IMG/VR virus record: IMGVR_UViG_3300017792_000001 | Span: 40,697-104,696 of that record | Length of the DNA: 64,000 bases | Origin: a virus | Taxonomy: Duplodnaviria > Heunggongvirae > Uroviricota > Caudoviricetes | Reading direction: 5' to 3' (one strand) | Part shown: piece by piece, positions 28,303 through 37,381 of the stretch | Position numbering within the stretch: the first letter of the stretch is position 1 | Layout of the letters: each line of letters begins with the position of its first letter | Notes under the pieces: model-generated | The model's input: the letters and a program-made list of their open reading frames with translations, nothing else | Database searches by the model: none | What the model was told of the DNA's origin: nothing | Translations under genes and position numbers: made by a program

Positions 28303-29033
28303 TCGGAACAACTCAATACGCTTCATGGAACCTCGATGCCATGAATATGTTTCCGAGTATCAAGGACTTGGAACCGCAGCGCGTCCAGATCGACGCACAC
28401 CTCAATGAGCGTTTCCCGTCGAACGCTGAGCACAGCATCCTGGAAGCAATCTTCGGTGCAGACGAACACGTCACGCTGGCGCTGAGCGTTGCAATGGCTG
28501 CTGGTATGCTTGCGATCCAAACGCAGGCAAAGTTTGAACCGAAGGACGATGACCAGAAGGAGGCCCAGGACGAACTGGTGCGTCAACTCTGGAACAGCCA
28601 GAAGGACTTCATCAAGAAGGAGCTGTACAACCATCTGCAACTCGGTATCGCGCAGTGGTGGGACAAATCCGAAGACCACTTCATGCGGGTTGACTGCGAC
28701 GACACCATGAACCCGCCATCTGTCCTGGAAGAAGGCAAGCTGGTCGCTGTAGTGACACTGGCAAGTGGACTCAAGAAGTCCCAGCTCACCATGTTCCACT
28801 TCGTGTTCGACCGTTACTCGACTGTCGAGGCGTTGTTGAAGAACGGCATCAACGCATACCTGAAAGACTTGGCAGCGGCTCGTCCTGCAATGTACGAAGT
28901 GATCTGCGACCGCACCAACAACAGCGACGAAGACATCGCCAACAACGTCCTGAACGTTGATATTTCGTCCAGCGATCCTGACGTGATCAGAGCGTGGCAA
29001 GAAGCAGGCATTGAACTCAAGCCCAAGGAGTAA
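28299..29033 (+). CDS. hypothetical acidic protein
   Basis: 244 aa, ATGA overlap. Confidence 0.5.
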   Translation: MIGTTQYASWNLDAMNMFPSIKDLEPQRVQIDAHLNERFPSNAEHSILEAIFGADEHVTLALSVAMAAGMLAIQTQAKFEPKDDDQKEAQDELVRQLWNSQKDFIKKELYNHLQLGIAQWWDKSEDHFMRVDCDDTMNPPSVLEEGKLVAVVTLASGLKKSQLTMFHFVFDRYSTVEALLKNGINAYLKDLAAARPAMYEVICDRTNNSDEDIANNVLNVDISSSDPDVIRAWQEAGIELKPKE

Positions 29034-29035
29034 CA

Positions 29036-29413
29036 ATGCTCTTTGGTGCAGTGAAGCGAATCGGTACCCTGCACCTCGTCAACAAGCACAAGCGCACCAA
29101 GTCACCGGTTAATCCCTTACGCCCTGCAACTGTCGATGTGTTTATTGGTCGCCCGTCTTGTCTCGGCAATCAGTACCACATCGGCACGCACGGTGATCGT
29201 GACGAGGTGTGCGACTGCTATGACGTCTGGTTGCGCAAGAAGGTAAAACGCAAAGACCCTGTGATCATGGCAGAGTTGCAGCGGATCAGCGATCTATTGG
29301 ATACCGGGCATGACGTGTGTTTGGTCTGCTTCTGTCACCCACAGCGCTGTCACGGTCTGAGCGTTATCAAACAAATCAAACGCCTACGTGGCGGAAAGAA
29401 GGTGAGACCATGA
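29036..29413 (+). CDS. DUF4326-like protein
   Basis: VDVFIGRPSCLGNQYHIG ... VCLVCFCHPQRCHGLSV resembles the GRP-x-GNP / CxC-x-P-x-x-CH pattern of DUF4326 family members as I recall them. Confidence 0.5.
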   Translation: MLFGAVKRIGTLHLVNKHKRTKSPVNPLRPATVDVFIGRPSCLGNQYHIGTHGDRDEVCDCYDVWLRKKVKRKDPVIMAELQRISDLLDTGHDVCLVCFCHPQRCHGLSVIKQIKRLRGGKKVRP

Positions 29414-30189
29414 GCGAATCTCCGTTGAAGCAGCACCACGAACGCAGCACGCCGCAACAACGTCTGATCGAAGCTGCGTTTGGGATATACAAGCGCAAGT
29501 GCGAGGAACTCCGCTACCCAATGAGTCTCGACGCGCCGATACGTCAAGGTGACGACCTGGTATTTCAAGGCGGTCGTCTCGGTGCTCACGTTGGCTTCTC
29601 TGTTTGGGAACTGGCTGAGTTCATGCAGTACATGGCGAAGACGCATCGTCTGTTTGAACAAGGTAAGACCCGCTTCCTTATTCGCTTGAACGACAACGAC
29701 TGGGAGGCGTTTCAGGACGACACTATGGACGGGTGCATTAAGCGCGTCGATGACCACTACACGGCAGAACGTGCGGCATACGAAGCCAGTCCCAAGTACG
29801 TCGAAGACATGGCGCAAGCCGCGGCCGACGAAGCTGCAAACTTCACACGCTGCAACCACGTAGCCCACAAGCTCGACATCGGGTTTGATCGTTACGACGT
29901 AGCCAGTTGGGTCCAAACGTTTGTTGAAGTCAGCCAAGGTCGTGGTGCACTCATGGCAACTGACGCGCAAATGATCTTCAACCGCTTCCAGATCATGGGT
30001 TACGAAGTGAGCGAAGGTGTTGGCACTGATCCGAAGACCTTCGAGGAGCGTGTGCGCTACATCGTCGGCCAGGTCATGAGCTACTGCCAGAAGGGTTGGC
30101 CTCCACATCCAATGCTTGCTGACTTCGCAAAGACTGCAATCAAAGATCATCTGGAGCCTGCGAATGAGCAACCTGCCAGCGAATCGTGA
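29410..30189 (+). CDS. hypothetical protein
   Basis: ATG 29410 after aaggtga; ATGA overlap. Confidence 0.5.
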   Translation: MSESPLKQHHERSTPQQRLIEAAFGIYKRKCEELRYPMSLDAPIRQGDDLVFQGGRLGAHVGFSVWELAEFMQYMAKTHRLFEQGKTRFLIRLNDNDWEAFQDDTMDGCIKRVDDHYTAERAAYEASPKYVEDMAQAAADEAANFTRCNHVAHKLDIGFDRYDVASWVQTFVEVSQGRGALMATDAQMIFNRFQIMGYEVSEGVGTDPKTFEERVRYIVGQVMSYCQKGWPPHPMLADFAKTAIKDHLEPANEQPASES

Positions 30190-30889
30190 TCAACTACCTG
30201 CACGTCAAGGTCATGTTATTCCCTCAGTGGAGAATGTGCTCCAGGAAATGATGCTGGCAGGTCAGACTGACGGGTTGCTCGAAGAAATCCTGCTGCAACT
30301 CAAGACCTTCACCCAGTTGGTCTGGTGTGTGACTTACGGTAGCGACATCAGTGTCGGCGTAACGATGCACAGTGTCCCTATGGAATATTTTGGCAGAACG
30401 TGGCATCAACCAGCGCGTCCACCTGAGCTTGACATCCGCATGTCGATCTTCCAGTATGAAGACGGCAAGACCCTGAACGAGTTGCTGCTAAAGGCAATGT
30501 ATGCCGAACCGTACGGGGCGATCATGTCACTCGAAAGCGGTGTGGAAATGCAGAGTCACAACGGCACCGGCACAGTCAAGATCGACTTGACGATTCCTGG
30601 TGGCAACCCGTACGGTGAACGTTGGCACAATCTTGTTTTGATTATGTTTAACGGCACCCAGGAAATGAAGGACAAGGTGGATTACATCGCGAGCCTCAAG
30701 ATCGAACGCAAGACCGATCTGGAAGAAGCGCTGTATCGGGTTTGCTGCGCACTGTCTGCATTTTACGACTGGGCAATGCGTACTCGCCATCACCAATGGT
30801 ATCGCAATCCCTTCGGTGCTCAGGGTCCACAGGGCGCACAAGGTCCGCAAGGTGCAATCTCATACGAACCACGATTGGGGAAATTCTGA
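30164..30889 (+). CDS. hypothetical protein with short collagen-like GPQGAQGPQG motif
   Basis: ATG 30164 after ggag; ORF-track 30116 is TTG. Confidence 0.45.
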   Translation: MSNLPANRDQLPARQGHVIPSVENVLQEMMLAGQTDGLLEEILLQLKTFTQLVWCVTYGSDISVGVTMHSVPMEYFGRTWHQPARPPELDIRMSIFQYEDGKTLNELLLKAMYAEPYGAIMSLESGVEMQSHNGTGTVKIDLTIPGGNPYGERWHNLVLIMFNGTQEMKDKVDYIASLKIERKTDLEEALYRVCCALSAFYDWAMRTRHHQWYRNPFGAQGPQGAQGPQGAISYEPRLGKF

Positions 30890-31566
30890 TGAACCGTGAA
30901 CGAGGCCTCAACTTCGGCGCAAGCACGTACCACAAACCAAACGATCCGAGCGAGTATCAGTTCGCTTACCTGTTTGTCTGGACTGCCAGCTTTATCGAGA
31001 AGCTCGGTCGCATCGGGCTGCCGTTCGAACCGTACATGGTGAACAGCGGCGAGTGGTACGTGATCAGCGCCAACGAAATCAACGAGAAGCTGACTGACTT
31101 GGCTGACGTGATTTTAAATGTAAAGGATCGTGTAGTCGAGAAGTGCGGTGTTGAAGTCGGCGGCAAGAGCAAAGGCAACGTCGAATACTCCGACGTGTTC
31201 CTGTCTCTGGTGTGTAGCGGCATCGGGCATGTTCCACCAGACCTGCAATCTGCACGTCGCATGGCGCAGGAGCTTTACTTCGTCGAGCAAGACATGATCA
31301 AGCGACTGGGTGACGACTTCGGTATCGAACGATTCCCTACAACACCGATCAACATGGTCACCCTCTCTGGTGTATGGGACACTGCGAATCGGTTGCAGTC
31401 CCGTATCTTTGAACTGAAGGGTCTGCTCAAGCGCTGCGAAGATACGTCTGACGACAAGAAGGGCGCAGCGATCACCAAAGCCTTCATCGAAAATGTGGAC
31501 CTGAAGAATCCACCTAACCCGGATCGCAGAATGCAAATCAACCGCGAACCGAAGCAAATCAACTAA
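30889..31566 (+). CDS. hypothetical protein
   Basis: ATG 30889 with TGATG overlap. Confidence 0.5.
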   Translation: MNRERGLNFGASTYHKPNDPSEYQFAYLFVWTASFIEKLGRIGLPFEPYMVNSGEWYVISANEINEKLTDLADVILNVKDRVVEKCGVEVGGKSKGNVEYSDVFLSLVCSGIGHVPPDLQSARRMAQELYFVEQDMIKRLGDDFGIERFPTTPINMVTLSGVWDTANRLQSRIFELKGLLKRCEDTSDDKKGAAITKAFIENVDLKNPPNPDRRMQINREPKQIN

Positions 31567-31574
31567 GGAAGTAA

Positions 31575-32429
31575 ATGAACATGAAGAAACAACGTGGCAG
31601 TGCAGTTGCTGGTTTGATTGCGGCAGTCGCAGTCATTGCAGTAATCGGTTACGTGCTGTGCTGGGTATTTCTCAAGCACTCCATCGTAGCAGAGAACGGC
31701 GTCGAAGTCGTCATCGTGGACAAGCCGTACTTCTGGGGCCACGAAGGTGTGCGCAAAGAAACCCTGAAGCCTGGCTCTCGCTCTGTCGAATGGCGCACTA
31801 CTGACGGCATTGAAGTACCGATCACACCGTTGACCGTACAGATGCAGTTTGAAGACCTGCCGACTTCGGACAACGTGCTGCTCGACTTCTCCACTTCGTT
31901 GCAGGTTCAAGTAACCGATGCTCGCGAGCTGATCGTAACGAAAGGCGCGAACTGGTTTGCGAACAACCTGCAACAGCCGTGGTCGTCTGAGTTCCGTGAT
32001 CAGACCAAAGCGCACACCATGAAAGAAATCATGACAGATCCGAAGGTCGCTGCTCTCATGGAGAAGAATCTCTTGGAAGCACTGACCAAACGTGCTGCTA
32101 CTGACGGCATCGCGGTTCGCATCACTGACTTCAACATGGGCCGCGGTAAGCCTAACCCAGCAGTACAAGAAAAGCTGGACGCAACGGCGGCTGAGCAGCA
32201 GCGTTCGACTACTCTGGATGCCACGATCGTTGCAGAAGGCAAGCGTGCAACCTCAGAAGCAGCGCGTGCTCTGGCCGACAAAGCCTACGCTGATGCCATG
32301 AACTACAGCCCTGAACAGGTTGTGCAACTCGCGGCGATCAATGCGTATGCAGAAGCGTGCAAGAAAGAAGGCACCAACTGCGTCATCATGGCGCCGGGTG
32401 CTAATCCCGTAATCGGCGTAGGTAAGTAA
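31575..32429 (+). CDS. SPFH / band-7 (prohibitin-HflK/C-like) membrane protein
   Basis: N-terminal TM AVAGLIAAVAVIAVIGYVLCWVFL, then an SPFH-like core (ITPLTVQMQFEDLPTSDNVLLDFSTSLQVQVTD ... IAVRITDFNMGRGKPNPAVQEKLDATAAEQQR) and an Ala/Glu-rich coiled tail. Confidence 0.65.
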   Translation: MNMKKQRGSAVAGLIAAVAVIAVIGYVLCWVFLKHSIVAENGVEVVIVDKPYFWGHEGVRKETLKPGSRSVEWRTTDGIEVPITPLTVQMQFEDLPTSDNVLLDFSTSLQVQVTDARELIVTKGANWFANNLQQPWSSEFRDQTKAHTMKEIMTDPKVAALMEKNLLEALTKRAATDGIAVRITDFNMGRGKPNPAVQEKLDATAAEQQRSTTLDATIVAEGKRATSEAARALADKAYADAMNYSPEQVVQLAAINAYAEACKKEGTNCVIMAPGANPVIGVGK

Positions 32430-32431
32430 CC

Positions 32432-32755
32432 ATGAGTGATGACCTCTTCAAAGGCGAAGACCCGTACATCGTTGTGAACCGTATCGAAGCATTCAAAATG
32501 TTTGCTACGGCGTTCTTTCACGATCCAGAGTTCGGCTTGACCGAGGATATGATTCGACAAGCTGGGCACGCTCTCGCCAAGTGCGACAAAAGCATGGGGA
32601 ATTGGATCAACGGCGACGCAGAAGATCCGATCACTGGCTGGCATCCGTGTACGGTACTCGCCGCAGAAATGTTTGAGCTACCAGAAGAAAAGCTGAATGG
32701 GCCTCAGAAAGCCTATGCGAAGCTGATCTACGCTCGGTGCAAAGCTGCGAAGTAG
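32432..32755 (+). CDS. hypothetical protein
   Basis: 107-aa ORF 2 nt after the SPFH gene. Confidence 0.5.
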   Translation: MSDDLFKGEDPYIVVNRIEAFKMFATAFFHDPEFGLTEDMIRQAGHALAKCDKSMGNWINGDAEDPITGWHPCTVLAAEMFELPEEKLNGPQKAYAKLIYARCKAAK

Positions 32756-32778
32756 TCATCACTCTGCTCCAACATCAG

Positions 32779-32803
32779 GGACCTTCGGGTCCCTTTTGTC
32801 AGT
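32779..32803 (+). terminator. rho-independent terminator GGGACC-TTCG-GGTCCC + TTTTGT
   Basis: 6-bp GC stem, tetraloop, T-run immediately after the 32755 stop. Confidence 0.6.
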
Positions 32804-32815
32804 AGGAGAGCCAAC

Positions 32816-33130
32816 ATGAAACGAGAGCGCACGGTTGTAGGTAGTCTTGTAGAGACAGAGCACGGCAAGACGTTCAATCGCCCTGTGACTGTCTGTCCGG
32901 GTTATGGCATCATTTGCTATGGGCTTGGCGTAACGAACGGTAGCATCGCTATCTGCGCTGGGCAAATCAAAAAGATGTTCTGGAATCTCGAACGAGCAAG
33001 AAAAGAGAGTGGAGACCCGAAGCTGGAGTTTGTCTTCACTCTCGAAGATGAAGTGCTGGATATTCCCAGCATGTCCTTAGAGGCGCTGTTTCAGCGTCTA
33101 TTGGCAGTGTACGAAAAGTACGGAGAGTAA
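32816..33130 (+). CDS. hypothetical protein
   Basis: RBS taggagagccaac ATG. Confidence 0.5.
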   Translation: MKRERTVVGSLVETEHGKTFNRPVTVCPGYGIICYGLGVTNGSIAICAGQIKKMFWNLERARKESGDPKLEFVFTLEDEVLDIPSMSLEALFQRLLAVYEKYGE

Positions 33131-33133
33131 AAA

Positions 33134-33694
33134 GTGGACAACGACATTATCCAACTAAGCGCCGGTACTACCGTTGATCTGTCGGTATGCAAGCTGACCC
33201 CACACCAAATTGAATGGTTGCAGAAGCTCGCTTCGCATCCTTCGTTCAATGGTCTGCTTGAACCCGACTTCGACCAAACTCGCGCTTCTGGTTCTTTCGT
33301 TTGCACCTGGTTGTCTGGTACACGTCGTCATCAAGCATTGGTCGGTCGCTATCGCACCATGCCTTGGCCTCAACGTGGGCAGCTTGCGCAACTGCAAGCC
33401 AAGACCATGTCGCACAACTGGAAGCCGCAACTGTTCAAAGCAGTCGGCACGTACAGCTTCAAAGACCGCCCGAACGACTTCCCTTCGCTGCGTGAAGACT
33501 TCGAAACACGCTGGCAGGAGTTGATGACTGCGTGGGACAATCGCACCGATATGACTGTCGAGTTTGCCTTCCCACACAAGTGCTTGGCACTGGCGAAGGA
33601 TATGATCATCCTCGGCAACCTGGCCTTCGCACAAGAACTCACCAATCGTTACGATGCCCTCTCCGAAGAAATGAGGGCCAGTCATGAGTCGTAA
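33134..33694 (+). CDS. hypothetical protein (GTG start)
   Basis: GTG 33134 after ggaga; no in-frame ATG nearby. Confidence 0.45.
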   Translation: MDNDIIQLSAGTTVDLSVCKLTPHQIEWLQKLASHPSFNGLLEPDFDQTRASGSFVCTWLSGTRRHQALVGRYRTMPWPQRGQLAQLQAKTMSHNWKPQLFKAVGTYSFKDRPNDFPSLREDFETRWQELMTAWDNRTDMTVEFAFPHKCLALAKDMIILGNLAFAQELTNRYDALSEEMRASHES

Positions 33695-34283
33695 CCAGTA
33701 TGAAGATGCCCGAGGGTCGCTCAACTTTCTGGTACGTCAGGTGCAGTTACTTGAGTACCAGTCCGAGTTGATGCTGTGCAAGTTCGGAGAGTTTCGACCA
33801 GAACCTCCGATCGGGCGTTCGATGTACCGTGCAGATGCTTTGCGGGCATTGTACGAAACGTACCAGCGTATCGAAGCACGCAGCACCATCATGCAGTCCA
33901 AGATTGCCAGTGAGTTTGCTTCGATGCTGCTCCAACCTGTGTACAAGAGCGCACTCGACCTCCTGAAACATGTGGTGCTGGAAGGTGATTGCTACTGGGC
34001 AGGGCGAGAGCATGAGACTGACCCGAAAGACTGGGTGCTGATGTTTGCTCGCGGCACTCCAGACTGCCCAGAAGATTTGCGTTTCTGCCAGATGTTCCCT
34101 GCGTTGCAATGGACTGGCAAGATCAACGAACGCGGTGACATCATCGGTCAGCCATTGAAGCTAGTCTGGAAAGCAGACGCTGGCTCTATCGAGGGCTGGA
34201 GTCTCGAACCGAATCAGCGTCTGCGCATCGTCACGCAGAAACGTAAAGACTTGATGGAGCGCCGCAGTGCCGAACATTCCTGA
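33684..34283 (+). CDS. hypothetical protein
   Basis: 199-aa ORF. Confidence 0.5.
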   Translation: MSRNQYEDARGSLNFLVRQVQLLEYQSELMLCKFGEFRPEPPIGRSMYRADALRALYETYQRIEARSTIMQSKIASEFASMLLQPVYKSALDLLKHVVLEGDCYWAGREHETDPKDWVLMFARGTPDCPEDLRFCQMFPALQWTGKINERGDIIGQPLKLVWKADAGSIEGWSLEPNQRLRIVTQKRKDLMERRSAEHS

Positions 34284-34542
34284 TAATCTTCCTGCGTATG
34301 TGCAAGCTGTGATTGATGCTGCACCGAAAGACTACTTCAACCACGTGCGCGCAGTCAACACAACGGAGCATCGCTACATTTTGAATGGGGATCACCACGA
34401 AGTGCGATTGAATACACGCTACGGTATCATCGTGCGTCGAAACCCTACCCAGTTGATGTTGCGCTACGCTGTGCATCACTCGCATGCCAATGTAATTGCC
34501 CAACTGCGATCCGACCTGCAATTGAACAAGGTACTGTCATGA
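34267..34542 (+). CDS. hypothetical small protein
   Basis: 91 aa, ATGA overlap with kptA. Confidence 0.45.
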   Translation: MPNIPDNLPAYVQAVIDAAPKDYFNHVRAVNTTEHRYILNGDHHEVRLNTRYGIIVRRNPTQLMLRYAVHHSHANVIAQLRSDLQLNKVLS

Positions 34543-35087
34543 ACGAGAAGCAAATCACCAAGGCCAGCAAGTTCCTGAGCTTCGTGCTCCGCCATGAACC
34601 ACAGGCTATTGGGCTCACGCTCGACAGCGACGGCTGGGCAGACATCGACGAACTGATCGCGTGTGCCACGAAGCACGACCACTTCATGAACCGTGACCTG
34701 CTGCAGGTAGTCGTCACCACGAACGAGAAGAAACGGTTCACTGTCGAAGGCAACAAGATCCGCGCAGCCCAAGGTCACAGCGCAAAGACTGTGGCGATGA
34801 AGCATGAGCCAATGATTCCACCGAAGGTTCTGTATCACGGCACGGCAACGCGCTTCATGGAGTCGATCAGCAAGACTGGTCTGACCAAGCAGCAACGTCA
34901 CCACGTGCATCTGTGCGAAGACAAGGCTACGGGCATCGCAGTCGGCAAGCGCTACGGTAAAGTGGTGTTGTTGAAAGTTGATGCAGACGCGATGTTCCAA
35001 ACCGGGCATGTGTTTTATCAGGCAGACAACGGTGTCTGGTTGACCGACAGCGTACCGCCGCAATATCTGGAGATTGACAATGGCTAA
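34539..35087 (+). CDS. kptA: RNA 2'-phosphotransferase KptA/Tpt1
   Basis: Near-collinear with E. coli KptA: SKFLSFVLRHEPQAIGLTLDSDGWADIDELI ... KKRF ... IRAAQGHS ... LYHGTATRF ... RHHVHL ... NGVWLT. Confidence 0.88.
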   Translation: MNEKQITKASKFLSFVLRHEPQAIGLTLDSDGWADIDELIACATKHDHFMNRDLLQVVVTTNEKKRFTVEGNKIRAAQGHSAKTVAMKHEPMIPPKVLYHGTATRFMESISKTGLTKQQRHHVHLCEDKATGIAVGKRYGKVVLLKVDADAMFQTGHVFYQADNGVWLTDSVPPQYLEIDNG

Positions 35088-35682
35088 GCCCACATCCGAA
35101 TACGGTTTCGCGTACATCTTCCACATGCAGCGTGCAGCGTTCAACGATCTGGTGGGCCACTTCACTGGCATCGAAATGACGGTGACTGAGGAGCGCGAGA
35201 ACATCCAGATTGTCCACTTCTCCGACTACAAGACGAACATCGTCCAGTATGCAACCTACGTGTTTGAGCTGTGGACTGGACAAGTGCATAAGTCGCGCTT
35301 GACCGATTCGCAGGACATCGAGATTGTCTTGGCTATGGATGAGGCGCTGAGAGACATTGATCAGGCAAGTGCTTTCGGTGCGCTGCGCTTCCAAGTCATG
35401 AACCATATTCACTGGAAGCGTGAACAGTGCGAACGTCTGCTCCAGGAATGTTTCAACCACGGGTTTCAGTTGCCGCCAGTACCAAACTCCGCGTGCGCTA
35501 TCTGGAAAGGCGTCGAGACACCAAACCTCACTGGGCTGTTGCTTGACGAAGTGGTCGAATACTTCAATATGGCGCACTGCAAGAAACAGGCGCTGATCGA
35601 CCGTAACCGTAATGAAGCGGTTCGCGATCTTGGACGTATGCTGCGACCTACAAGATCACCTGTGGCTCATACGCACAGCTAA
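35080..35682 (+). CDS. hypothetical protein
   Basis: ATG 35080 after ggag; ORF-track 35074 is TTG. Confidence 0.5.
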   Translation: MAKPTSEYGFAYIFHMQRAAFNDLVGHFTGIEMTVTEERENIQIVHFSDYKTNIVQYATYVFELWTGQVHKSRLTDSQDIEIVLAMDEALRDIDQASAFGALRFQVMNHIHWKREQCERLLQECFNHGFQLPPVPNSACAIWKGVETPNLTGLLLDEVVEYFNMAHCKKQALIDRNRNEAVRDLGRMLRPTRSPVAHTHS

Positions 35683-35753
35683 TCTGTAAAGAATTTGTGA
35701 GGCAATTCAGTCTCACAACTATCCGGGCCCCATGAGGCTCAAAAGGAAATGCA

Positions 35754-36521
35754 ATGACTGACGTACAAGCTGGTACTAACCTCCGTGTGTTCCACTACCT
35801 GAGCGACCTCGCGGTTAAAGGCGAGACGACCACTTACCAAGATATGGCGATTGCTCTCAATCTGCCAGCTCAAGGTAACAACATGAGCAAGGTGTTGAGT
35901 CCCATTCTCTACAACGTGTTTATGTTTTGCGTGTTGCAGAAACTTCCACACCTCACCTCGATCGTGGTGCGTAAGTCTGGCAATGAGCAAGGTCTGCCGG
36001 GTATGGGATTCTGGAAAGTGATTGAGCGTACCCAAGGCGGTGCGATCTACCACGAAATCGCGGCTGGTAGCAAGGCACGCAAGACTGCGCTGAGCAACCG
36101 CTTCAAGCAAGAAGTGTTTACGAACTGGGGTGACCCACTGTTCCTTCAATTGACCCTGCCTACTCTCGACTATCCAATGCTTGACATGGCTGAGCAAGAG
36201 GAAGAAGGGTTCCTGGAGAACCTCTGGTTCGAACGTCAAGGTGCCAAGCTGGAGCGTCTGAAACCAACGAGTCGTGCAGACCACGAAACTGCCACGTTGA
36301 GTTATGAGCAGACGAACGCGATCCTGGAGGAAATGCGCCAGAAGATTGCCAAGGAGTTTGGTGTGACGTTGCAGGATGATCCTAATGGTGCATGGGGTCA
36401 AGCTGGGCAACGCTACCTGACGCTGCGCTTTGGTGATTCGGAAGTGAGCATGACCATCAACACGGTCGCCAGTCACAAAGCAGATGCGGAACACAATGCC
36501 TTCTTGAACGAAGACAAGTAA
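35754..36521 (+). CDS. hypothetical protein
   Basis: 255 aa, RBS aaaaggaaatgca ATG; followed by a terminator. Confidence 0.55.
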   Translation: MTDVQAGTNLRVFHYLSDLAVKGETTTYQDMAIALNLPAQGNNMSKVLSPILYNVFMFCVLQKLPHLTSIVVRKSGNEQGLPGMGFWKVIERTQGGAIYHEIAAGSKARKTALSNRFKQEVFTNWGDPLFLQLTLPTLDYPMLDMAEQEEEGFLENLWFERQGAKLERLKPTSRADHETATLSYEQTNAILEEMRQKIAKEFGVTLQDDPNGAWGQAGQRYLTLRFGDSEVSMTINTVASHKADAEHNAFLNEDK

Positions 36522-36523
36522 CG

Positions 36524-36561
36524 AAAAAGCCCTGCCTAGAGAAATCTAAGCGGGGCTTTTT
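36524..36561 (+). terminator. rho-independent terminator (GCCCTGC ... GCGGGGC + TTTTT)
   Basis: Hairpin with A-tract before and T-tract after, 3 nt beyond the 36521 stop. Confidence 0.55.
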
Positions 36562-36729
36562 ATGGCGTCCAATAAGCTGTTCATAATTTCTTGATGCGGG
36601 TGAGAATTACTTGCCCTTGCAGCAGGAGGTGATCCCCTATCTCCGAGATACCACGACTCAGTTATCAAAGAGTGGTAGGCGAGCTGTACGCCGAACCCAT
36701 CGCGGGTTTCTACCTACAAGGACCTTCCC

Positions 36730-37008
36730 ATGACGCCCCAAGACCGCATCGTTTTGTCTGGGCTGTTGGAGCGAGCGAAGCTGCTTGATCACCATCAGAC
36801 CCACGACCGTTTCATTTACTTCATCCGAAAGTGCATTGAAGAAGCCAAGAAGCGCGGCAGTTCGTCGTTCGCTGACCGGTTCACCGATATGTACGCTGCA
36901 CACCAGTTGTCGTTCCGTGCGTTCGATCAGCGGCGCCAGATGGTTGGTAAGCTTGCAGCTACTGGGCATGCCGTCGTCTCTTGGTTCTTCCCGAGGGCTG
37001 TGGCATGA
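36730..37008 (+). CDS. hypothetical protein
   Basis: 92-aa ORF after a 170-bp gap. Confidence 0.45.
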   Translation: MTPQDRIVLSGLLERAKLLDHHQTHDRFIYFIRKCIEEAKKRGSSSFADRFTDMYAAHQLSFRAFDQRRQMVGKLAATGHAVVSWFFPRAVA

Positions 37009-37373
37009 AGATCAGCTTTCCATTGCGGTCGACTGTAGCGGTAGCTGGCACTGATGTTGTGTTCCCCGAGTACGCGCATAAGATCCTGATGTCGCTCGGC
37101 GTGACTACTCTGGAAGGCTGGAAAGTTTCAGTATCACCGGGTAGTTTGAAGTTCAGCCACAGTTCCGATACATGGGGCGGTGGTGACTTCGTACTGCGTT
37201 TGATTGCGCAGACGCTGCGTCGTAACTTCGAAAAACAACCGAAGACCCTTGATGATTACGACAAAACCAAGCGTTGGGATTTGGTTATCGACGACCGCAT
37301 GGTGATTATCGACCTGCGTATCTCGACTGGCTGCAAGGAACGCGCGTACTTTACCACTATTACGATCAGTTGA
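37005..37373 (+). CDS. hypothetical protein
   Basis: ATG 37005, ATGA overlap. Confidence 0.5.
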   Translation: MKISFPLRSTVAVAGTDVVFPEYAHKILMSLGVTTLEGWKVSVSPGSLKFSHSSDTWGGGDFVLRLIAQTLRRNFEKQPKTLDDYDKTKRWDLVIDDRMVIIDLRISTGCKERAYFTTITIS

Positions 37374-37381
37374 GAACGATC

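Noticed and set aside
30829-30870. GPQGAQGPQG collagen-like tripeptide run in an early protein
   Set aside because: Only about 3.5 G-X-Y repeats, too short for a triple helix; probably a flexible linker.
36562-36729. 170-bp non-coding gap after the 36524 terminator, examined for a tRNA or small RNA
   Set aside because: I could not fold a cloverleaf with the expected arms or find promoter hexamers with correct spacing. It is most likely a plain intergenic spacer plus an unrecognised promoter for 36730-37008.
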